Positions 55,853 through 64,000 of a stretch of 64,000 nucleotides of DNA are shown in pieces (position 1 is the first letter of the stretch; each line of letters opens with the position of its first letter). The notes below the pieces were generated by a model, which ran no database searches, had not been told where the DNA came from, and worked only from the letters and a program-made list of their open reading frames with translations. The DNA lies in the NCBI GenBank assembly GCA_040285825.1, contig JAUPSS010000001.1:186001-250000 (forward strand), in the 5' to 3' direction. The position numbers and the translations under genes were made by a program. The DNA is from Eukaryota sp. TZLM1-RC. Lineage: Eukaryota; Protista; Metamonada: BaSk clade.

Positions 55853-56767
55853 ATGGCAGGGACGGCGTCTCCAACGTTGCCGCCACTAAAACAATGTCGT
55901 GTTGAGGGTAGTGAGGAGCATTTCATCGTTAGACCAGATGGTAGAACAAACTCTAAAGGACATCGTGTTAGTTTTGCACCGTCACCGGTGTTGGTCGAAA
56001 AACATCAGTATACCCCAGATCCTAATGAATGGGTGGTCTTTCCGGCTGCTCCTATTCCTTCTTTAGAGGAAGATGTTCAGGAAAAGGAAGAAGCTGTCTC
56101 TCAGCCAACTATCTTGGTAGATGATGCTAGGGCAGGTAGTGCAAATATACCGGTTCATAAGTTTGTTTACCATTTACCCCCGAAAATAAGTCATCCCCAT
56201 ATTCCTATAAAAAGACCTTCTGATCATGGATTATTTGGTATTGTTGCACGTCATGTATCAAACGCAACAGAGGTGCGATACAGCAAAGACACTCCTGAGT
56301 GTCCTCCAGACAACCCTAAAGATCTTACAGATACGTTATCTGCTCTGCTCACTACATTGCAATCCACCAAATCTGTGCCTGATGTACAACCACGACGACC
56401 AGTACCAACCACTATTCCAATGGGTCAACAACCAGTAAATACACAGCCCATTTTTCGTGGACCTTCAAATACAATCAGACAAGTACCTCCTAAACCAACT
56501 ATGGCTCCTGTTTCAAGTGCTAGAAACGTTAATTATGGAGCTGAAAATCCGTACCCTCAAAACCTGTTCCCATCATCATTACCATATGATGTCAGAGGCC
56601 CTGAGTTTGTGATGAAACGCTTTGCGGATGTAAAAAAGGACACTTTGGACCCATGTCATTTCTTCTCCTCCAAGAAAGGATGTAACCGTGGCCAGGGCTG
56701 TGACTTTCTTCATGATCCTAGTTTTCAACCATACTCTTCCGATAAAAAGCGACGGAAGCGACCATAA
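55853..56767 (+). CDS. CCCH zinc-finger protein with RVxF motif (PNUTS/PPP1R10-like)
   Basis: HRVSFA PP1-docking-like motif, Pro-rich middle, C-terminal CHFFSSKKGCNRGQGCDFLH, basic NLS-like tail. Confidence 0.65.
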   Translation: MAGTASPTLPPLKQCRVEGSEEHFIVRPDGRTNSKGHRVSFAPSPVLVEKHQYTPDPNEWVVFPAAPIPSLEEDVQEKEEAVSQPTILVDDARAGSANIPVHKFVYHLPPKISHPHIPIKRPSDHGLFGIVARHVSNATEVRYSKDTPECPPDNPKDLTDTLSALLTTLQSTKSVPDVQPRRPVPTTIPMGQQPVNTQPIFRGPSNTIRQVPPKPTMAPVSSARNVNYGAENPYPQNLFPSSLPYDVRGPEFVMKRFADVKKDTLDPCHFFSSKKGCNRGQGCDFLHDPSFQPYSSDKKRRKRP

Positions 56768-58057
56768 TTTTCATATATCTTTTTTAAATTATTGTTGATG
56801 CTGGTTTCTAGACGATGATTGTGTTAGTCACTTTTTGATTAAGTCTTTCCTAGTTTGAGTTGTGATGATAGTGTTTATGTACACTTTCTTTTTTTCTTTA
56901 TAATTGTGACCAAGTCTTGAGAATATTAGTTTCCTTTATTCTTGTCTGTTTCAGTGTTCGTTAAACTTATTATTATTGCTGATTTTCTAAGCTTTTTTAT
57001 TTATCACTTTACAATTGCTATCCACTGAACTGTATTGGGTTCGAGATGAGTAAGTTGCTATCACAGTATCAGATACAAACCAGAATCATTTCTCCATTAA
57101 GTGAATTATAACTCATCTAATTTTCAATAAAAGGAACATTTAAGATCTATTAATACAGTTCAATAGGTCAACTTTACTGGAGTCAACTATTGTTCTAAAT
57201 AGATCATTTACAAAAGCGCAAATTCAGAATCGAAATTGAGGTATTGCCATAAATAGAGAATTATAGAGTGAAAAAGGTAAAAGTATTTTCGATTTATTCC
57301 ATATATACCTCAGGATGCCAATACTTGAAAGAATTTATTGGTTTTTACAATGAACAAGAATTGTCTATTGATCTTCAATACAATAAATAGGGATAAATAA
57401 AAAGAAGTTGCCTATTTCTATCAGCATTGAATTTTTTAAATCATGTTCATTTTTTCAATATTTTCCTTCACTTAGAATTCAAGTGTATGTACATGATTTA
57501 ATCTTCTACTCTGAACCAACGTGTTGTTTGCAACATGAAAGGAAGCAAACACAAGAATAGCTCTAAAGTTATCCATCCAATCGCAATAAATATCATGATT
57601 TTTCTTTTAATGTCACCAAAAGCAAAATGACTCAATAATGGCGTTTCGTTAAGCCAAGGTTCGGGCTAAACAAGAATCTTACATTTTTTGACATATTGAA
57701 ATCAATGACTGTTACAGAGAATGAAGATTGTTCTTGAAAACCAGGCTGAATATTTTGACAAAGCAAATAATCCTCTTACTTAACATTGTTTCTATGTTTG
57801 AAGAGTCGACGGTGAACAAAATATGACTAACTAATGTGGACCAAGATAATTATCACTTATATTCATTCTTGTTGATGACACCACCTGTTAAAATGTGATC
57901 GCACGTGTAGTGTTAAATTTTAGGATCTTTCTTTTAAACTTTCTAAACCATATTACCATTATTATTATAATTATATTTGTTAATGATTGTACTGACAATC
58001 AAAATACAAAACTACATTTAACCTATAGACAGTGAGGAAAATTGTTCTACGTCAGGA

Positions 58058-58740
58058 TTAATGTCGTCTTCTAAAGACTCTATCAACTGCTTTGATCCTT
58101 GACCAATCCAAATCAATTTCTTCTTCTAGAATATCTTCGTCTTCAACCACTTCACCGGGGTCTAATATATTAGGTTGATCATCCAACTCTTCGTCATATA
58201 TCTCTCGAAGGTCAATCTCCACAAATTCATCTTCCTTATCAACCACTTCATTTATAATGGCAGCTTTCTCCTCAATTTGAAATTGATTCTTACTTTAAGA
58301 TAATGTCTAATACAAGGTCTTTTATACCAAAAAAATTTATAACTTAGTGTTCTTATTGAGTGGCATTTTCAATTAGCTTAAGAGACCAAAGTTCATTTTT
58401 AATATGAAAAATATCAGTAAATTAAGCAAAGTGTGATCAAATTGCTCCAAAATTCATCATTTGAACACAGTGTTCAATTTTTCGAGTAACTAGTAAACAC
58501 AATAAGCACCAGCTATTTCATTGACAACAGATGGCCAACAAAATCCAAAGAATAATGCACGATTTGCATAACAACAATGCCAATTGCCATGGAATTTTGG
58601 AGAATTATAAACAAGGCATTGTGGTAAGTCAGGTTTAGGTCTAACATTTTCAGCTTTGTTTTGACAGTATGTATAACATCATGCATTTTCTCGTGTGTTT
58701 TTCGTGGCATTCACAAACATTGTCACGGTGTAAGAAAAAT
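58058..58740 (-). pseudogene. Possible KDZ/Zisupton-like transposase relic
   Basis: ENA*CYTYCQNK...PKFHGNWHCC resembles the DxxC...FHxxxH core; acidic C-terminus at 58058-58246; many stops. Confidence 0.3.
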
Positions 58741-59233
58741 TTAATCATTTTACTCTTTCCAGAATTGGGCAATGGGTGATTATGATAAAAGGGGCTCTAA
58801 AAACTTGAAACATCAGAGACCTACTCGAGGTATTGGATGGTTTCAATTGCTGAAAAAAATGGATTTGGCGTATTGATGATAAATTAAGCTTTCACTTAAG
58901 CACAATGTCTTGTTTGTTTTGAAAAGGTTGCTACGTTTTTGGGAGTAACAAATCTCAGATTATATAAGAGAGAAAAGTCTCCAGTTACTACATGTCATGG
59001 TTTATTAGCTTGTAATAGTTAGAGTTGCAAATTTAATAACAACGGGTCAACAAAGCTCTTCAATAGAAATAAGCTGGCTTGTCTGAATATGTTTGCAATT
59101 GCTGAAGCGAGGATGAGTGGTAATGAAAGGCATCAGTATCTATGTAGTGGATAGTTGTTGTAATTATTCCACACGAAAATTGATCGTGTATTTATGGGAA
59201 TTTCTCCCTTACTATTTCTTGCTGTATATTGCT

Positions 59234-60169
59234 ATGATTATCTTTGCATTATTGTTATTCATTTGTGTTGCTTATGGTGTTCCTGTCGAGCAACACACAG
59301 TAGCATCACCCATTTTTCGCCAGATTGTATCTGGTTTCAAGGAAAACGCCAAGATGTTCTCTACTTTTCTCAGAGTGTCATACCGAGACCCTTCAGCCCT
59401 CTTGTCCATTCCCAAGATGATTCATCAAGGACTCGCTAAATTGAGTGAAACCATCTCATCACCAATTAGCTCTTCCTTCTTTGAGTTTTCCCACAAGCTC
59501 GAAGAGAACCTTGTCCTTGCATTTCCTTCTGTGGAAGCCCATGCTCAAATCATCTCCCATGTTCTCATTGGTTCTATTCTCAGTGTTGCTTTCGCCATGG
59601 TCCTCTATACTCTTTTCATTGTTGTTCGCTCCGTTCGTGTTTTTCCCAACTTCTTCAGCCGTCTTCGACTTGTTCTTCTTTCCCTTGCTTTGGGTTATCT
59701 CATAGGCAGGTCTCAGAGCAAGCCTCTCCTTCTTCGATCTTCTAATCCAATGGTATTCAAGTATTCCATTCTGTTCCTTGTTTTGGAGTTTCTTTTAATT
59801 AGAGGAATTGGAACTTTTCTTTTGTCAACACCCTTTTTGTTAATCTTGGTTTCTTTAGTTTTTGATACCGATTATCACATTACCAGCCCTCGTGTTATGG
59901 GGTTGTGTGTTTATTATATTGCTTTCTATCTCGTTTTGGGCAAAGTCGAGCAACCTTTGAAGAAACGTAGGGTTAAGCAACAGATTTTACCTAACGAGGC
60001 AGCTAATACTACTAAACCCAAAGTGAATGTATCTACTGACGTGGAGGATGAAAGTAATCAGGAAAAGGTCAAGAACAAGGGAAAGGACAAAAAGCAAAAG
60101 CAGAATCAAAGTAACAATGTTACCACAACCTCCTCCCCAAAGAAACGTAAGAACAAGTCCAAGAAATAG
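59234..60169 (+). CDS. Membrane protein with signal peptide and Lys-rich tail, unknown function
   Basis: MIIFALLLFICVAYG signal peptide, several TM segments, basic C-terminus. Confidence 0.7.
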   Translation: MIIFALLLFICVAYGVPVEQHTVASPIFRQIVSGFKENAKMFSTFLRVSYRDPSALLSIPKMIHQGLAKLSETISSPISSSFFEFSHKLEENLVLAFPSVEAHAQIISHVLIGSILSVAFAMVLYTLFIVVRSVRVFPNFFSRLRLVLLSLALGYLIGRSQSKPLLLRSSNPMVFKYSILFLVLEFLLIRGIGTFLLSTPFLLILVSLVFDTDYHITSPRVMGLCVYYIAFYLVLGKVEQPLKKRRVKQQILPNEAANTTKPKVNVSTDVEDESNQEKVKNKGKDKKQKQNQSNNVTTTSSPKKRKNKSKK

Positions 60170-60265
60170 TAAATGTTTTTGAAATTAGTTTGTGCTAAAT
60201 AAATATTGTTTTATGAATACTACTTTAAAGACTAGAAAATAAACTAAATTTAAATTAAATAACCA

Positions 60266-61213
60266 TTAATCATCGCTATCTTCCCCTTCAATGTCTTCTT
60301 CCACACTAATCTCAGAACCTTCACTGACCTCCTCTTCCCTTTCTTCTTGCTTATTGTACTTTCGAAGGGCACGGGCAGCGGTGAGATCAAGTTCATCAAA
60401 GTCTTGATGCTGCATATGAACCACTCCTCGAAGGTTACCAAGTTCGTCACGTTCATAGTTTTTGTCTAGTTTACGACCAACTTCCTTTGGTTGCTTATAG
60501 GCAGCCTTGACTAAATCACCGGTAGCAAAGTAAGTCCTCCTCAAGGAAAACCGAATCCTAGGTCCAATTTCGGCAAGCTCCACTCGTGGCTGAGGCAAAC
60601 CAGACTTTTTAAGCAAGACACCATAATGGAAAAAGGAGAGAACATCATTCTCAACGTGCAGAGTGATGACGCGATCAAACGAGGCTAGGTTGAGAGTGTC
60701 AGAGGGTTCACCATGGAAGAAATCTAAAAAAAGGTTGGAAATCTTTTGGAATCGCGTATCAAAGTTCCATTGGTCACCAATAAAGTTAAACAATGGCTTT
60801 GAACCGAGTGCGCACTGATGATCAAATAAAGACATGGGGATGTGTTCAAGAATGCCTAATTCAACCATATCGAGGACTTTGCTGTTGAAAGTTCGGCCAA
60901 AGATAAGATTGTTGGGACGCTTCTTGGTAGAGTTTCCCAAAAGGAATAGTGGACAATCGTTTCGTTCAGTGTAAAACTCTATGCTGGAATGGTTATCAAA
61001 AGGGAGCACATCGTTCTTTCTGTTAAACATTTTTGCGTCTGGTTTTTTGAGGAGGAATATATCTGTAAGAAGATCATTGACGACTTGGCTTGATGCATGA
61101 CCTTTAAGAATCAAAGCTCGCTTAACACCTTCAAAAAGCTTCGGCTCTCTCGCTTGAAGGGCCTTCTTGCCTCTGCGAGTTTTCGGTTTTCGAGATGTGG
61201 GAGGGGGTAGCAT
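60266..61213 (-). CDS. RPF2: Ribosome production factor 2 (Brix domain)
   Basis: REPK..E..K..L..KG, KKRPNNL.FGR.F..VLDMVELG, PRVELAEIGPR, G.VHM..QD. Confidence 0.96.
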   Translation of the reverse strand: MLPPPTSRKPKTRRGKKALQAREPKLFEGVKRALILKGHASSQVVNDLLTDIFLLKKPDAKMFNRKNDVLPFDNHSSIEFYTERNDCPLFLLGNSTKKRPNNLIFGRTFNSKVLDMVELGILEHIPMSLFDHQCALGSKPLFNFIGDQWNFDTRFQKISNLFLDFFHGEPSDTLNLASFDRVITLHVENDVLSFFHYGVLLKKSGLPQPRVELAEIGPRIRFSLRRTYFATGDLVKAAYKQPKEVGRKLDKNYERDELGNLRGVVHMQHQDFDELDLTAARALRKYNKQEEREEEVSEGSEISVEEDIEGEDSDD

Positions 61214-61246
61214 TTGTAAAGTTAAAGTTTGTTTTACCCAGATTCC

Positions 61247-63823
61247 ATGACTCTCCTCTTAGGTACTGTATTTGCTGTCCCTTCTGGGGACACTGTTGTC
61301 CTTATGGGCAAACCTCCTAAGCCCAACAGTCCTCCTGTTTTCAAAACATTAACCCTCAATTATATTTCTGCTCCTCGTTACTCTTTCCGTGGCAACTCTG
61401 AAGTCTATGGCTTTACTTCCCGTGAATTTTTGAGAACTCTTCTGATTGGTTGCCCTGTACAGTTTTCTATTGAATCGTCATCGCCAACTGGTCGCGATTT
61501 CGGTGATCTTGTGACTAAATCAATACCTTCCATTTCGGTTCACGTCATCAAGAACGGATGGGCTAAAGTAAAGGATTTTCAAGGTGAACCCTCCACAAAA
61601 CAACAACAACTCCTCGATGCTCAAGCCCATGCTGCCGAACATCATCTAGGTATATGGCAAGACCCCTCTGAAAGCAAGAAACATATTGTTGAAGAGGAGG
61701 AGGAAATTCAAGTAGATCCAACTCCTACTACTGCCCTCACCAATCAGATCACGTCATCAGTTCAAAACTGCATCATTGATCACGTCATCACTGGCTCCTT
61801 CATCCGTGTCATCATCATTGACCGCCACCCAATGCTCTCCATCTCTGTCTCTCTTGCTGGTATTTCGTGTCCATCTTTTAGAAGGGATGAATCTGGATGT
61901 GTTGAAGCCGACCCCTTTGCTGAGGAAGCCAAGTTTTTTAACGAAGTTCGTTTGCTTCATCGTACCATTCCTATCGAAATACATTCTTTTGATGAAAGGC
62001 GAAACCAATGGATTGGCTCCCTTCGTGCGTCACAAGGAGACTTCCAGCATCTCCTTCTTTCTTCAGGACTGGCTAAACTCCAGGAATGGCAACTCACTTA
62101 TACCCCCCAAACTGCCCCCTCTTTGAGGGAAGCAGAAAGGGTGGCTAAAATTAGTAAGAAAAAGATTTGGGAAGACTTTGTTCCGCCTCAAAACTTGGTT
62201 AGAAAGGAAAGAAAATATGGAGGGTTGGTGGTTGAGGTTTCTTCAGGAGATTGTATTTCAATTAAAATTGATGGAGAAATTAAAAGAATTTATCTTGCTT
62301 CCACCAGGGCTCCAAGAATGGGTACTAGAGAACGTAGACCTGATCCATTGGGATTTGAATCAAGAGAATTTCTAAGAAGGAAGCTTATTGGTCAGAATGT
62401 TGAGGTTGAACCTTGCTATGTTGTTGATGATCGCCAATATGCTGATGTTTTGTACGATTCAGCCTGTATTTCTCTGTTATTGGTCAACGAAGGTCTTGCG
62501 CACGTCATCAAGGGTGGGAAACAGCAAGACCAGCCTAAATCAAGGTTTATTGATGCCTTGATTGCTGCCGAGATTAAAGCAAAAGCTTCCAAAAAAGGAG
62601 TTTTTCTTCCTTCTGACCAACAACCAAGGTTCCTTTACCAAGATCTCACCCTTGCTGCTCCTGGTAAAGCCAAGTCTGGTATTGCCGCACCAACAGACCC
62701 CAAAACCGTCTTTCCCATGTTACAACGACTGGGAAAGGTGGAAGGTATTGTGGAAAGGGTTTTGAATGGAGGAAGATTCAAGGTCTTGGTACCCAAAGCG
62801 TATGCTTTGTTGACTCTCACTATTGCTGGTGTATTGTCTCTCAATAAAGAACATTCAGAGGTAATTGAAAAAGGAGCTCAATTGGCTACAATGGAACTTC
62901 TCAATAGAGATGTCACGATTGAAGTTGTTTCCGTAGACCAAAGAGGTGCTTTTATTGGCCATTTGTTTATTAAGGGATTCAACTGGGCTTTTAAGCTGAT
63001 ATCTGAAGGTTATGGAAGAGTATTTGAATCTAGGGATTTGGAATTCAAGTTTATCAAGGATCTTTTAGACAAGCAGGAAGAAGCTAAAAAGGAACAGAAA
63101 GGAGTTTGGTCACCTCGATATGCAAGAGAAGAGGTAGTTACTGTTCAGAAAGATCAAATTGGAGACGTTTTTGATCTATTTTTGGGCTATATTATTGACC
63201 CAGTCCACTTTTACGCATCAAAGACACAGCCTTCTGAGCAATTCATGCTAAAAGTAGTTTCTTCGGTAATTGAAACCGATCCACTTTCCTCTCCTCCTAG
63301 GAAGAATTCGATTGTTCTTGGTAAGAGTCAGGTGAATGAAGTTTGGTACAGAGCAAAGGTCGTTGGCCTTTCAGAATCAAAGGTAAAGGTACAATTTGTT
63401 GATACAGGTTTCTTTGAATCCTTGGCATTGGTTGACCTAAGGCCTTGCCCAGAGAGTTTGTTATTAAATCAAATTCCTCCAATGGCCCATGAATATAAGT
63501 TAGCCTTTATTGACCTGCCACCTTCTTCAGAGGAATATGTCTATGGCGAGGGTTTGGCGCTGTTTGAACGGTTTGCTGTTGAATCTCATGGGGTTGTTTC
63601 GGCCAAGGTTGCTGGTTTTACAAGGGAAGGAGTTCCAAAGGTTTGTGTTACCAATTCAAGTGGTCATTCCATCAATGTAGATCTTATGGTTGAAGGTTTG
63701 GTTTTGCTTGATAGACGCGACGATGGCTCGGCAGAATATCATGCAGTCAAGGAAGCTTATAATGAGGCTGTAGATGAGCATAGGGGAATATTTGAATATG
63801 GGGAGATTGATTTTGAGGATTAG
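61247..63823 (+). CDS. SND1: Tudor staphylococcal nuclease
   Basis: Four SNase repeats (SGDT, SREFLR..LIG, EAKFF.E.RLLHR, GGRFK) plus Tudor domain (WYRAKV, FVDTG), ending IFEYGE. Confidence 0.95.
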   Translation: MTLLLGTVFAVPSGDTVVLMGKPPKPNSPPVFKTLTLNYISAPRYSFRGNSEVYGFTSREFLRTLLIGCPVQFSIESSSPTGRDFGDLVTKSIPSISVHVIKNGWAKVKDFQGEPSTKQQQLLDAQAHAAEHHLGIWQDPSESKKHIVEEEEEIQVDPTPTTALTNQITSSVQNCIIDHVITGSFIRVIIIDRHPMLSISVSLAGISCPSFRRDESGCVEADPFAEEAKFFNEVRLLHRTIPIEIHSFDERRNQWIGSLRASQGDFQHLLLSSGLAKLQEWQLTYTPQTAPSLREAERVAKISKKKIWEDFVPPQNLVRKERKYGGLVVEVSSGDCISIKIDGEIKRIYLASTRAPRMGTRERRPDPLGFESREFLRRKLIGQNVEVEPCYVVDDRQYADVLYDSACISLLLVNEGLAHVIKGGKQQDQPKSRFIDALIAAEIKAKASKKGVFLPSDQQPRFLYQDLTLAAPGKAKSGIAAPTDPKTVFPMLQRLGKVEGIVERVLNGGRFKVLVPKAYALLTLTIAGVLSLNKEHSEVIEKGAQLATMELLNRDVTIEVVSVDQRGAFIGHLFIKGFNWAFKLISEGYGRVFESRDLEFKFIKDLLDKQEEAKKEQKGVWSPRYAREEVVTVQKDQIGDVFDLFLGYIIDPVHFYASKTQPSEQFMLKVVSSVIETDPLSSPPRKNSIVLGKSQVNEVWYRAKVVGLSESKVKVQFVDTGFFESLALVDLRPCPESLLLNQIPPMAHEYKLAFIDLPPSSEEYVYGEGLALFERFAVESHGVVSAKVAGFTREGVPKVCVTNSSGHSINVDLMVEGLVLLDRRDDGSAEYHAVKEAYNEAVDEHRGIFEYGEIDFED

Positions 63824-64000
63824 AACTAGATCTAAATGAAAAATAAATGATAGTTTCTCCAATGTTTATCTGAATTGTATTATTCAAAATTACCAAGCTG
63901 AAATAATAACGAGAAAAGTGTTGATTAATTCATTTGTGGTTTTCGTTTTGTGCGCATAATTAGAAAATCCTCTTTCACCACACCACTTCTTTCACCAACA

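Noticed and set aside
57100-57900. Possible decayed LRR-like coding remnants on the minus strand
   Set aside because: Too fragmentary to support a call
1-64000. Alternative genetic code or stop-codon reassignment
   Set aside because: Conserved genes are uninterrupted after intron removal and end in TAA, TAG or TGA; internal stops occur only in decayed elements
1-64000. CRISPR array, rRNA, tRNA or spliced-leader RNA repeat
   Set aside because: No regularly spaced repeats or cloverleaf found by eye; GGTTCGA at ~57038 lacks tRNA arms

Overview
AT-rich, very compact eukaryotic (protist-like, probably flagellated given CEP76) DNA read with the standard code. About 24 single-copy genes are tightly packed: RP9, TCF25, G6PD, ASNSD1, a saposin, WDR6, PI31, CEP76, IPK1, TM9SF, a GNAT, an AAAP transporter, a SNARE, PES1, CNBP, prolidase, PTH2, a PNUTS-like protein, RPF2, Tudor-SN and several orphans. 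Divergent start codons are as little as 33-43 nt apart and convergent ends abut or overlap. Seven reconstructable spliceosomal introns are only 27-31 nt long, one is GC-AG, and all end in YTNAY-NNN-AG with the putative branch A at -7. Gene-free blocks are filled with nested, co-oriented RLE-type (CRE-like) non-LTR retrotransposons of several families; one young family shows clear TSDs. Also present are a complete non-autonomous Mutator-like element (84-bp TIRs, 9-bp TSD) and a decayed Fanzor1/TnpB-like RNA-guided nuclease gene (43399-45088) followed by hairpins that could be its omegaRNA. No rRNA, tRNA or CRISPR array was seen. All family calls come from motif recognition by eye, not from database searches. 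Boundaries of decayed elements are approximate.
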